Positions 28,634 through 38,691 are shown, numbered from the stretch's first letter. The stretch: DNA of 64,000 nt from Promethearchaeota archaeon (GCA_048939015.1 JBHLPW010000005.1:41632-105631), one strand, 5' to 3'. Notes: a model not told the origin generated them from the letters alone. Translations and numbers: made by a program.

Positions 28634-29683
28634 TTATTTAATAAAGTCATCTAAGGAGACTTGAACTTTAGCATCATCTAATTTTCTTAATCTATCTAGT
28701 GCATTCTCGACTCTTTGTTTTGAAAAATTATGTTGCTCGATGAGTAAATCTTCCAATTTTTCGAAATCGATCTTTTTTTGCTTTGGAATCCTATAATCCT
28801 TTTTTACATCAGGTTTGAGAAAAATGGTTCTAATTTTAGCTACTAAATCAATATCTAAAAAAATCTCTTTCTTACTTATCATAACATTATTGTTCAGAAT
28901 ATTCTCAATAGTACCATATTTTTTAATTAAATCTAATGCTGTTTTCTGACCAATTCCTTTAATACCTGGAAAAAAATCTGTGCCAATCAATATTCCCATA
29001 TCAATTAGTTGCTCTCGGTTGATTCCAAGATTATTTAAAAATTTGGAAAATGAAACATATTCGATGTCTAAAGTAACAGTTGTATCTCTAACTTTCCTAC
29101 TTCTACTTACTGCGAAATTTCTTATCAATCTCTCTCCCCCAAATAATAAAGTATCATAATCTTGAGAAGCACATGCCCACGCATCTCCCTTCTCAACGAG
29201 ATAAGCAGATTGAGCTTCTCCTTCAGAACTGGCCTGAATTATTGGAATTCCCATATATTCAATTAATTTTTTACTTTCTTCTACCATCCCAGCGTCTAAT
29301 GTAGAAGTAAATTGTGCGAATTTTTTAGCCTCTTTAAAATCTTCATCATCTTGCGCTTTTATCATTTTTTCTTTTGCTTCTTCTTTAATTTTCTTCCTTT
29401 CTCTTACGGTTTCCAATTTTAATTCAGAGGAAATACCATCAAATACATAAATGGGTTTAATATTGTGCTCTATAAAATTAATTGTTCTATAAAATAGTCC
29501 AGAAAGATGTGATGTTACATTCCCCTGATAATCTTTTAAAGGAGTTCCATCTCTTTGCCGAATTATGGCTAAAAACTGGTAAATTGTATTAAAAGCATCT
29601 ATAGCTATACTCTTTTTAAATAGATTTTCAAATGTGATTGTTCTTTTAACTTCATTAACTAGTTCATTAATTTTTACGCCCAT
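28634..29683 (-). CDS. fen: Flap endonuclease 1
   Basis: MGV start, IDAFNTIYQFL, TSHLSGLFYRT, EGEAQ, SQDYDTLLFG, GTDF, C-terminal PIP box QVSLDDF. Confidence 0.97.
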   Translation of the reverse strand: MGVKINELVNEVKRTITFENLFKKSIAIDAFNTIYQFLAIIRQRDGTPLKDYQGNVTSHLSGLFYRTINFIEHNIKPIYVFDGISSELKLETVRERKKIKEEAKEKMIKAQDDEDFKEAKKFAQFTSTLDAGMVEESKKLIEYMGIPIIQASSEGEAQSAYLVEKGDAWACASQDYDTLLFGGERLIRNFAVSRSRKVRDTTVTLDIEYVSFSKFLNNLGINREQLIDMGILIGTDFFPGIKGIGQKTALDLIKKYGTIENILNNNVMISKKEIFLDIDLVAKIRTIFLKPDVKKDYRIPKQKKIDFEKLEDLLIEQHNFSKQRVENALDRLRKLDDAKVQVSLDDFIK

Positions 29684-29754
29684 TTTTCCTAGTAATCCCT
29701 ATTTTCAATATTAATTTCTGGTACAACATATATAATTTCCACTAATATATTATA

Positions 29755-30291
29755 CTATTTTTTTGGTCGTCTTCTTAATTTTGATCCACAAGTTTCACAT
29801 ACTTGATTTAATTCTTCAGCATTATGAATTTTTTTGCATTGTGGGCAATAAATTTCCCATATTATCTTGGAATTAATCCCATCTTTATATAAAGGAGAAA
29901 ATGGAATATTTAATTCAGAACATACATTTTCAATGGAATAGTCATTAGAATATATTTTTACGTCTTTATTTGAGTTTTCCATCAATTCTAAAGCTAATGC
30001 AATTATTTCTTTATCTGCATTTGATAAAGCTTTGATATCTCCAGTTTTTCTTGAAATTTGATTTACTTTCTTAATATATTTAAATTCAGGTGACTTAATT
30101 GTTAATTTTTTAGTCTCAATTGATACATTTATTTTGTTTATTATATTTCGATTTTTTTCAGTATATCGGCTATCTTGCACTTCCTCAATTATTAAAGGAG
30201 ATGTATAGATTTCTGCTGCCAATACATTAAAATCAATTCCTGTAAGGAATATATTCGTATCAAAGATAAATAAAGATGTTTTTTCTTTCAT
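29755..30291 (-). CDS. nob1: Endoribonuclease Nob1 (PIN + zinc ribbon)
   Basis: FDTNIF, TGDIKALSNAD, SNDYSIENV, CPQC...CETCGS. Confidence 0.93.
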   Translation of the reverse strand: MKEKTSLFIFDTNIFLTGIDFNVLAAEIYTSPLIIEEVQDSRYTEKNRNIINKINVSIETKKLTIKSPEFKYIKKVNQISRKTGDIKALSNADKEIIALALELMENSNKDVKIYSNDYSIENVCSELNIPFSPLYKDGINSKIIWEIYCPQCKKIHNAEELNQVCETCGSKLRRRPKK

Positions 30292-30351
30292 ATCACTAAT
30301 CTATATTAATAAATAGTAAGAAATATTATTAATTCCAATTTTTTAAAGAGG

Positions 30352-31251
30352 TTATTCTTCAGGTGAATCATCAATTGGTACTCTTCTTACAGTACCAATG
30401 ATTTTCTTTCTTAAACGATTATAATAACTTCCTTTAAACCGAATAAATTTATTATAGGAATTTGCTTTACGAATTCTAATTCTAGTATTAGGCGCAATTC
30501 TCTCTATAATTTGTTGTCCATCAATTACTATTTTTGCATCTAATCTAGGCCTTAAAAGCTGAATCTCAATTTCAGAATCAATTGGTACTATTAGCGGTTT
30601 TAAACCAGATCCAGCAAAACTATTTAAAGGAGTTATTTGCATGGTTTTCATACTAGGATGAATTATTGCTCCCCCAGCACTGAGATTATAGGCTGTAGAG
30701 CCTGTAGGAGTTGATATGATGATCCCATCTAAATAACTTCGATTCAGAAAAACACCATCAATCCTTATAGATACTTGTAGTACTTTCGAACTTTTAGAGG
30801 AGATTATTAAAACTTCATTTAAAGCATTGCTCAACCTTATTTCACCATTATTTTTTACAATATATGCAGTTATTTTCGAACATTCTTCTAATATGTATTC
30901 GTTATTTAAGACCTTAGATAAATCATTGAAAATAATTCTTCCATTAGATTCATCCAGAAAACCTATGGAACCGACATTTACCCCCAAAATAGGAGGTGGA
31001 TTCTTCTGAGATAATCCATTAGCAACTCTTAATATCGAACCATCTCCACCTACAATTAAAATGAACTTAATATTTTCTTCATTCATTTCACTAAGATCCA
31101 TTGCATTATGTGGGAATATCTTTGGTGCAATTCTAGTCTCTAAGTAAACCACTTCACCTTTTTGTACCAAAAACTCAAATAATCTCCTTGTTAATCTAAT
31201 TGCTCGTTCTGAATCCAACCTACAAGCTAAAGCAATTGGTTTTTTTTCCAT
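30352..31251 (-). CDS. nadK: NAD(+) kinase
   Basis: GGDGS, GSIGFL, ALNE, DGIIISTPTGSTAYNLSAGG. Confidence 0.96.
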   Translation of the reverse strand: MEKKPIALACRLDSERAIRLTRRLFEFLVQKGEVVYLETRIAPKIFPHNAMDLSEMNEENIKFILIVGGDGSILRVANGLSQKNPPPILGVNVGSIGFLDESNGRIIFNDLSKVLNNEYILEECSKITAYIVKNNGEIRLSNALNEVLIISSKSSKVLQVSIRIDGVFLNRSYLDGIIISTPTGSTAYNLSAGGAIIHPSMKTMQITPLNSFAGSGLKPLIVPIDSEIEIQLLRPRLDAKIVIDGQQIIERIAPNTRIRIRKANSYNKFIRFKGSYYNRLRKKIIGTVRRVPIDDSPEE

Positions 31252-31313
31252 AACCTTCGAAATTTCTATTCAAATGTTCCAAAAAATAATGGATAATTAT
31301 GGATATTGGAAAT

Positions 31314-31742
31314 TTAGCTAGTGAATACTCTATTTATAAGTGTTCTACCTGCCAATTGCCAATATTCTACTTGAGTAGCTGAAATTTTGCTAGGATCCGC
31401 TTGGATCTCCTTTAGTTTATTTTTTAAGTTTTCATCTAGGGGCCAATCTACATCAAATGATTCATACGATTCTAAATTCATAATGTTTATTGATGTATCC
31501 TCTATGAAGTTTATTTGAGCATTCCCTTTAATGATCTCTGGAATGTCAACCATATGACCGCTTGGTATTGTGAGTGAACGTTTATTATTATCAAACATTC
31601 CAACACACACAACTCTAACTTTAGCATGACCATGTTTTCCGCTTTTAGATCGTTCAGTACTTTTAATTATACATGGTTCTTCATCCACCATTATGTATTG
31701 CCCAGTCTTTAATTTCTGAATCTCTGTTCTTCTAATAGACAA
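31314..31742 (-). CDS. eif5a: Translation factor aIF5A
   Basis: Hypusine motif SKSGKHGHAK; TTG start preceded by AGGTG. Confidence 0.96.
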   Translation of the reverse strand: MSIRRTEIQKLKTGQYIMVDEEPCIIKSTERSKSGKHGHAKVRVVCVGMFDNNKRSLTIPSGHMVDIPEIIKGNAQINFIEDTSINIMNLESYESFDVDWPLDENLKNKLKEIQADPSKISATQVEYWQLAGRTLINRVFTS

Positions 31743-31895
31743 TTACTTTTACACCTTTCTTTAGTTATTTTTATCCAAAATATTTTTAATTTTGACATTT
31801 CTTTTAATTTATAATATAATATATTTTTTCAAAAAAAAATATTAGTTTTTAAGTACTTATTCAAGTACATTAATAAAATTCAAAATTGGGATATA

Positions 31896-33269
31896 ATGGT
31901 TTTAGAGAAATTAGGAAGATCATTAGATACTGCTATTAGAAGGATAAGACGTCTTCCATCAGTAGATAAAGATGCAATAAATGCCCTTATTCAAGAATTA
32001 CAAAGAGCTTTGTTAAGTTCTGATGTAAAAGTTGAACTTGTATTTGAAATGACTGAAAACATTAGAAAAGAGGCTATGAATACTAAGCTCCAGAAAGCAA
32101 GACGCAGAGATTTTGTGGTTAAATTAGTTCACGATGAACTTATTAAACTTTTAGGTGGGAAACCTGCTCCAATACGAATTAAACCGGGGAAAAAGAATGT
32201 TGTTTTACTTGTTGGAATTCAAGGTTCAGGAAAAACCACAACCATAGCAAAATTAGCTAAATTTTATAAAAGTAAGGGATATAAGGTTGGAGCATTAACA
32301 ACTGATACTTGGCGACCAGGAGCATATGAACAATTAGTACAATTATCAGAACAGGTAGGCATCAAATGCTATGGAAACCCAAATGAAAAAAATGCGATAA
32401 AAATTGCCCTTCAAGAGACTAAAAAAGCAATAAATGAAGGAAATGATCTGTTAATAGTAGATACTGCTGGAAGACATAAAGAAGAAAAAGAATTAATGAA
32501 AGAAATGGAAATTCTTGAGCAAAAGCTAAAACCTAATGAAATAATACTTGTGATCGACGGTACTTTGGGCCAACAAGCCTTTAACCAAGCTGAAGCATTT
32601 GCACAAACAACCAATTTAGGTTCAATAATCGTTACCAAATTAGATGGATCTGCTAAAGGGGGTGGCGCTTTATCAGCATGTACAGCATCGAATGTAGGTA
32701 TTCGTTTTATAGGAGTAGGTGAAAAAGTAGATGATTTTGAAGAATTTGAACCATCAAAATTTGTAGGAACATTATTAGGGATACCCGATATCGAATCTCT
32801 AGTTCAGAAAGTTCAAGAAGCTGAAGTAGATATTGAACCGGAAATGGTTAAAAGAATGGTTCACGGAAAATTTACTCTTGATGATTTATACCTACAATTA
32901 AAAAGTATAAAGAAAGTTGGAAAATTTAAACAAATATTGGCTATGATGGGTGGTGGAAATATTCCAGATGCTTTAAAAGAAGATGCTGAAGCAAACTTGG
33001 CAAAATGGGAAGTTGTTCTAAATTCTATGACGCATGAAGAAAAAGAGAACCCTAAAATCATTAAAAAAACTCGAAAAAGACGAATTGCTATAGGGAGTGG
33101 AACTAATTACTCAATAATAAATAAAATGTTGGATCAATTCTCACAAATGAAAAAATTCATGAAGAAATTTCTTCAAATGCAGAAAAAAGGGAAGGGAATG
33201 CCCGGTATGCCAGGGTTTCCTGGTGGAAAAGCTGCAGCTGATTTTATGAAGAAATTAGGTAAATTTTAA
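31896..33269 (+). CDS. srp54: Signal recognition particle protein SRP54
   Basis: GIQGSGKTTT, DTWRPGA, DTAGRH, TKLDGSAKGGG, Met-rich M domain. Confidence 0.98.
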   Translation: MVLEKLGRSLDTAIRRIRRLPSVDKDAINALIQELQRALLSSDVKVELVFEMTENIRKEAMNTKLQKARRRDFVVKLVHDELIKLLGGKPAPIRIKPGKKNVVLLVGIQGSGKTTTIAKLAKFYKSKGYKVGALTTDTWRPGAYEQLVQLSEQVGIKCYGNPNEKNAIKIALQETKKAINEGNDLLIVDTAGRHKEEKELMKEMEILEQKLKPNEIILVIDGTLGQQAFNQAEAFAQTTNLGSIIVTKLDGSAKGGGALSACTASNVGIRFIGVGEKVDDFEEFEPSKFVGTLLGIPDIESLVQKVQEAEVDIEPEMVKRMVHGKFTLDDLYLQLKSIKKVGKFKQILAMMGGGNIPDALKEDAEANLAKWEVVLNSMTHEEKENPKIIKKTRKRRIAIGSGTNYSIINKMLDQFSQMKKFMKKFLQMQKKGKGMPGMPGFPGGKAAADFMKKLGKF

Positions 33270-33291
33270 ATTTTACTGATTACCATTTTAA

Positions 33292-33963
33292 TTGATTAAC
33301 TTGGTCAATTTCTTGTTATTGATAGAAAGTATTTCAGATTATTCTAAGAAAGATATTGATGTGGGAAAAACCCCTATTGATGTATATAGACTTAGTTCTT
33401 GTATCAGAGAAGCATTCTGTTTATCATATGCTCTTAGAAAAGATAATAATCTTTTTTTATACGTAGAGAAAAATCATAGTTTAATCAGATTTGATGGAAA
33501 AGAACTACAGTACTTAGGTCCTGATGAAAGATCTGAAACATTACTTTTAATGAAAGCTCTTGATGAGATCAGAAAATTAAATAGTTTTAACATAAATGAG
33601 TGGAGGAAATCAACTCCAGGAATATTTGTACGAAAATTTTCTGATGCAAATTCATTCATGAGTTATTATAAAAAAATTGCAAACCATATTGGCTTTATAG
33701 TTAAAGAAAATTCAATTGAGGATCAAAAGAAAGTTAATTTTTTCGAGATAAATCAAAAACCAATAGAAATTATGGATAACGATTTCTTCATAATCCCTAC
33801 TTATACTTTACGAGATGGAATTTCCCGTGGTATAGAATTATTTAAAAAATTGAATAACACAAAACTTATCTCTCTTTCAAAAATTAAAAATGTTGAAGAT
33901 AAAATTTTATATATTAATTTTAGAAAAGATCAACAAAATACTTATAATAGCTTGGGAAAATGA
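33292..33963 (+). CDS. TrmY-like SPOUT-family protein (divergent)
   Basis: CIREAFCLSYALRKD, IRFDGKELQYLGPDERS and STPGIFV resemble TrmY/DUF358; the C-terminal knot motifs are degenerate. Confidence 0.7.
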   Translation: MINLVNFLLLIESISDYSKKDIDVGKTPIDVYRLSSCIREAFCLSYALRKDNNLFLYVEKNHSLIRFDGKELQYLGPDERSETLLLMKALDEIRKLNSFNINEWRKSTPGIFVRKFSDANSFMSYYKKIANHIGFIVKENSIEDQKKVNFFEINQKPIEIMDNDFFIIPTYTLRDGISRGIELFKKLNNTKLISLSKIKNVEDKILYINFRKDQQNTYNSLGK

Positions 33964-35354
33964 TTTTAAAAAATGCAAAATTTTATACTAACGGTTTGAT
34001 ACATGAAGGAATTATCTATATCAAGGGAGAAATAATTAAAAAAATATTATTTGAGCCAAAAAACCAACAAATAACGAATTTATCTAAAAAGAATCAAGAT
34101 GGTTTAGAAATTGATTGTCAAAATAAATTAATTTTACCAGGGATAATTGATATACATTCTCATTTACGAGATTTGGATCAAAGTGAAAAAGAGACATTTC
34201 TAACAGGAACTAAAGCAGCAGCATTCTCAGGTATAACAACTGTTTTTAATATGCCAAATACAAATCCACCAGCGATTTCATTTGAAAAAGTTAGCAACTG
34301 GATGGAAAAAGCAGAAAAAAATATTCATGTGGACGTAGGATTTATTGCGGGCGTCCCAAAGTCTATTAATGAAGAGGAAATAAAAAAAATTATAGAATTA
34401 GGAGTCATAGGATTTAAGATTTACCCACATGACTCACTTAATGATATCGATTGGAAAGATTCAAGTAATCTTCAAATAATCCTTAAAATTTCATCTAGAT
34501 ATCAATTTCCAATATTTATTCATGCTTCTTATCCGATACCTGAAACTGAAAAAAAACTTATCGAAAAAGAATTTAATGAAACAGATCAAAATAGTCTAAT
34601 ACTTCATAGTAAATTGGATCCTGTTTCAGCAGAGCAAAAGTTTGTCCAAATTGTCATTGATAACTATAAAGAATATATTAATGCTAATCAATCGAAATCA
34701 AAAGACTACCCAATAATCCATTTCTGCCATATCAGTTGCATTGAAAGTTTTTTATTAATTGAGAAAGCAAAGTTATCAAATAAAAGTTTAAAAATAACCT
34801 TTGAAGTCACACCGCACCATTTACTTTTAAATAATAGCATAACACTTGAAAACGAGAATTTTGGAAAAGTCTTACCGCCCTTAAGAGAAAAAAAACATTC
34901 AAAATTCTTGTTTAATAAACTAACAGAAGGAACAATAGAGTTCATAGGAACTGATCATGCTCCGCACACATTAGAAGAGAAATCTCAAACATTTTTAAAA
35001 TCACCATCAGGATTTCCTGGTTTTGAAACATATCCCTTATTACTTATCAATAAGATTTTTGATTACGAATTACCTTTAGACTTTTTTGTTAAAGTTGCTT
35101 CAGAAAATCCAGCAAAAACCTTTAATTTAAACAAGAAGGGTTTTATTAAAGAAGGATACGATGCTGATTTAATTATTGTTGATAAAGTTCCAGAATATAA
35201 GATAAATTCTCAGAATTTTAAAACTAAGGCAAAATTTTCTCCATTTGAGAACTTTATTTCCAAAGTTCAAATTTGTAAAGTATTTTTACGTGGAAAAGTA
35301 ATCAATATTGAGAATAATATTCCAAGTGGAAAAATTATTAAACATATGCTATAA
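33960..35354 (+). CDS. pyrC: Dihydroorotase (amidohydrolase family)
   Basis: LPGIIDIHSHLR, MPNTNP, HIS, EVTPHHL, PPLR, TDHAPH, GYDADL. Confidence 0.9.
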   Translation: MILKNAKFYTNGLIHEGIIYIKGEIIKKILFEPKNQQITNLSKKNQDGLEIDCQNKLILPGIIDIHSHLRDLDQSEKETFLTGTKAAAFSGITTVFNMPNTNPPAISFEKVSNWMEKAEKNIHVDVGFIAGVPKSINEEEIKKIIELGVIGFKIYPHDSLNDIDWKDSSNLQIILKISSRYQFPIFIHASYPIPETEKKLIEKEFNETDQNSLILHSKLDPVSAEQKFVQIVIDNYKEYINANQSKSKDYPIIHFCHISCIESFLLIEKAKLSNKSLKITFEVTPHHLLLNNSITLENENFGKVLPPLREKKHSKFLFNKLTEGTIEFIGTDHAPHTLEEKSQTFLKSPSGFPGFETYPLLLINKIFDYELPLDFFVKVASENPAKTFNLNKKGFIKEGYDADLIIVDKVPEYKINSQNFKTKAKFSPFENFISKVQICKVFLRGKVINIENNIPSGKIIKHML

Positions 35355-35400
35355 AATATATATGTCAAAACAGTATAATTATATTTAAATTAAACGAGTA

Positions 35401-36048
35401 ATGAACTTTAAAATGCCTGATAATGATGAGTTTAGCCTAGAAGATGGCAAAATGTTAATAAAATTCGCGAGAGATAACATTGAATTTTTTCTGATAAATA
35501 ACCGAAAAATTCCTGTTCCTGATGTTATAAAACAGAAATTTTCTGATAAGTATGGAGCTTTTGTTACATTAAATAAGTATAATGTAATTGGAAACCCATT
35601 AAGAGGGTGCATCGGTTATATTGAACCAACTTATACTTTATATGAAGTAATCCACCGTGTGTCCATAAGCTCGGCAATTGAAGACCCTAGATTTCCTTCT
35701 GTATCTTTAGATGAGATGGATAAGATTATAATTGAATTATCTATTTTAACTCCTCCAAAATTACTTGAGGTAAATGAACCTAAAGAATATCTAGACAAAA
35801 TTGTTATTGGAAGAGATGGGCTTATAGTCGAGAAAGGAATGAGAAGAGGTTTACTTCTCCCTCAAGTTCCAGTAGATCATGGAAGAAATTGGGATGTAGA
35901 GGAGTTTCTTAATCATACTTGTAATAAAGCCTGGTTAGCGGAAGATGAATGGAAAGATATTAAGCATACGAAAGTATATTCTTTTCAAGCAATACTCTTT
36001 GAGGAAAAAGAACCGAGAGGAGAAGTAGTAAGAAAATATTTGAGTTAA
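35401..36048 (+). CDS. AMMECR1-domain protein
   Basis: GAFVTL, LRGCIG, EDPRF, GRDGL, GLLLPQVP. Confidence 0.95.
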   Translation: MNFKMPDNDEFSLEDGKMLIKFARDNIEFFLINNRKIPVPDVIKQKFSDKYGAFVTLNKYNVIGNPLRGCIGYIEPTYTLYEVIHRVSISSAIEDPRFPSVSLDEMDKIIIELSILTPPKLLEVNEPKEYLDKIVIGRDGLIVEKGMRRGLLLPQVPVDHGRNWDVEEFLNHTCNKAWLAEDEWKDIKHTKVYSFQAILFEEKEPRGEVVRKYLS

Positions 36049-36057
36049 CTCTTAATA

Positions 36058-37794
36058 CTATCCCATATCATTTGCTTCTCTCATAATTTCAAACATTTCT
36101 TTTTCATCTTCTTCAACTTCTTCTGGTATAGCATATATTGTCCCTAATAATGATGCTTTATACTGTACTTTAGCAGCAAATTCTACTTGCTGAAGCACTG
36201 TATATGCATGGTTCAAATCTGTGCCTACACAAATATTCCCATGATTTGGTAGAAATACGGCATAATTATTTCCTAAAGCAAGAACAGCTTTTTGGGAAAT
36301 CTCTTCAGTCCCTGCCATCCCATATTCCGCTAATTCACATCCACCAATAAAAGGGATAATTTCATCAACGATAGGTCCTAATGGTATTCGTGCAATGGAA
36401 AGTATGGTAGAATATGGTGCGTGTGAATGAATAACTGCATTTATATCACTTCTAGATAATAATATATTCAGATGAAGGTGCTTCTCAGACGTAGGATTTC
36501 TGGTCCCCGCAAGCACATTTAGATCACTATCAATTAAAACTAAATCATCCTCTCTCATATTCTCGTAAGGGACTGTACTCGGTGTTAATAGAAATCCATT
36601 TTCTCCATTTGGTAATTTGACTCGCAGAGATACATTTCCTGCAGTACCAACGATTAATCCCTTCTTTAACATTTTTTTGCATATTTCAAGAATTTTCCTA
36701 CTTTCATCCCTATAACTTGATAATGCTATTGGAATTTCGGCACCATAATCTGCTAATTGAAGCTTTTGTGAGTTATATCCAAGAAGAACTTCAGGATTCA
36801 AGATGTTTGAAGGAATTTCATTATTTAAAATTTTGCGAATTCCTTCTACCACCATCATCCCATGTCTATGATTTGTTTCATAGGTGTTTCCTCCAATGTG
36901 TGGGGTAACAATTACATTATCTAATTCAAGGAATTTATTATCTTGATCGACGGGCTCAATGTTAAATACATCCAATGCTGCACCTGCGATTTTCTTTGAT
37001 TTAAGAGCATTATAAAGAGCTTCCTCGTCTGTAATTGATGCACGTCCAAAATTAATGAAGTAAGCTTTAGATTTCATCAACTTAATTTGATCTTGACCAA
37101 CTAAACCATCAGTTTCATCAGTAGGGGGACAATGAATTGTAATGATATCTGAATTCGCCATTAAAGTGTTTAAATCTACTAATTTACCATTTATGAACCT
37201 TAACCTTGCTTCTTGAATATAGGGATCATAAATTAAAAAATTCACTTCAAAAGCTTTCAAGCGTTTTGCAACCTCAAAACCAATATTTCCTAAACCTATG
37301 ATACCTATTGTTTTGCCTTTTATTTCATGTCCCTTAAACATGTTATAGTAATTCACAAAATCAGTGAAATCATCAACTTTGAAATTACTAGAATGCAAAA
37401 TATAACTCACATCATACACTTTTCTCAACAATGCTAGCATTAAAGCTATCGTCATTTCAGCTACAGCAATTCTATTTCTCCCTGGTGTAAAAAGTACAGG
37501 AATCCCCTTTTTTGTAGCAGTTTTTAAATCCACATTATTAGGATCATCTCGAGTGGAGCCAATAATTTTAAGATTAACATTTTCTAATACATCCTTTTTT
37601 ACATTATCTCCTTCACAAATGAAAATTTCTGCACCAATTTCCTTAATTTTATTCACTAAATCCTCCGCATTGAAATACATATTCTTTGTATCTCGCCAAG
37701 ACTCATATATAATGTCATCTTGTAATATTTCTTTAAGTTGGGATAAGGATTCAGGAGATATTTGAGCTGTAATATACGCCTTTATTCTATTCAC
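36058..37794 (-). CDS. Fusion of a D-isomer 2-hydroxyacid dehydrogenase (YoaD-like) and a class II aldolase
   Basis: N-terminal GIIGLGNIG, INFGRA, ALDVF, TPHIGG; C-terminal GTAGNVS, PTSEKHLH, IHSHAPY, LPNHG; one continuous frame. Confidence 0.9.
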   Translation of the reverse strand: MNRIKAYITAQISPESLSQLKEILQDDIIYESWRDTKNMYFNAEDLVNKIKEIGAEIFICEGDNVKKDVLENVNLKIIGSTRDDPNNVDLKTATKKGIPVLFTPGRNRIAVAEMTIALMLALLRKVYDVSYILHSSNFKVDDFTDFVNYYNMFKGHEIKGKTIGIIGLGNIGFEVAKRLKAFEVNFLIYDPYIQEARLRFINGKLVDLNTLMANSDIITIHCPPTDETDGLVGQDQIKLMKSKAYFINFGRASITDEEALYNALKSKKIAGAALDVFNIEPVDQDNKFLELDNVIVTPHIGGNTYETNHRHGMMVVEGIRKILNNEIPSNILNPEVLLGYNSQKLQLADYGAEIPIALSSYRDESRKILEICKKMLKKGLIVGTAGNVSLRVKLPNGENGFLLTPSTVPYENMREDDLVLIDSDLNVLAGTRNPTSEKHLHLNILLSRSDINAVIHSHAPYSTILSIARIPLGPIVDEIIPFIGGCELAEYGMAGTEEISQKAVLALGNNYAVFLPNHGNICVGTDLNHAYTVLQQVEFAAKVQYKASLLGTIYAIPEEVEEDEKEMFEIMREANDMG

Positions 37795-37813
37795 CCTTAA
37801 ATATTAATTATAA

Positions 37814-38653
37814 TTAAAACATCAGTTTACGCAATTTTAATAAATTTCTCATTTTCCCCTTTACTTCAAGTCCGCCACTACTATATAATTTTATAGGATT
37901 GACTTGTTTTGTCATCATTTTAAGAAATACTTCTGAATCCAAACTAACTTGCACAGCAGCTTCCTCATCATGTCCTTCTTCTAATTGAATTCCTTGATCA
38001 TCATTTATTATGAATAAATAAGATTTATTTAAGTCTGGAAAAGTCATCATCAAGGTATTTTGCCAATTACTAAAGGCTTTAGAAACTTTTGGATCATTAT
38101 ATCGATCTATGATCATTTTAAGTCCTTCTTCTAAATTGATATTGAGAGCGTCGTTTTTTGGGGTTTCTACCTTTTTTAATGCAATAGCAGGTTGTTTTGA
38201 TCCAATTGTCTGAGTCTTTTGTTTGGGTTTAGAACCTGTTGAGATTGGCTTGATTGGCTCAAAAGTACTTGTAGACATCGTAGGTCTTATTATTCTTAGA
38301 GTACCCCCAATACCTGGTGATTGAGCTTTAACTTGACCACTATATTGTGTTATTTCACCTTTCTCAAGAACATTATCCATAATATTTTTAGTCTTTTTTA
38401 TTATTCCAATAGATTCTAAAGCACCTAATCCGATTAGAATTAATCCTATAATAAACACTAGTATAGCAAAGGATTGGGAAATATATAAACCTGAAAAGGC
38501 CGTAAAATCTTGTAAACTGAGAAAAAGTCCCATTAATACTAATAATATTCCAGTTATAAATAGGTATAATAATACAGTTATCAGATGTGCATTTAAAGCA
38601 TGTATTGAGGTTTTTTTATAGTTTGAAGAACTCATCGAATTTAATATACTCAT
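37814..38653 (-). CDS. Membrane-anchored SCP2 sterol/lipid-binding domain protein
   Basis: Two N-terminal TM helices, a P/T/S/K-rich linker, and a C-terminal SCP2 signature (VNPIKLYSSGGLEVKGKMRNLLKL). Confidence 0.8.
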   Translation of the reverse strand: MSILNSMSSSNYKKTSIHALNAHLITVLLYLFITGILLVLMGLFLSLQDFTAFSGLYISQSFAILVFIIGLILIGLGALESIGIIKKTKNIMDNVLEKGEITQYSGQVKAQSPGIGGTLRIIRPTMSTSTFEPIKPISTGSKPKQKTQTIGSKQPAIALKKVETPKNDALNINLEEGLKMIIDRYNDPKVSKAFSNWQNTLMMTFPDLNKSYLFIINDDQGIQLEEGHDEEAAVQVSLDSEVFLKMMTKQVNPIKLYSSGGLEVKGKMRNLLKLRKLMF

Positions 38654-38669
38654 TACTTCTTAAATATGT

Positions 38670-38691
38670 AAGTTATATTTGATTATAACTT
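38670..38691. promoter_or_regulatory. Inverted repeat AAGTTATA-N6-TATAACTT, candidate operator
   Basis: Perfect 8-6-8 dyad in the 103-bp divergent gap between the SCP2 gene and the wHTH regulator. Confidence 0.45.
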
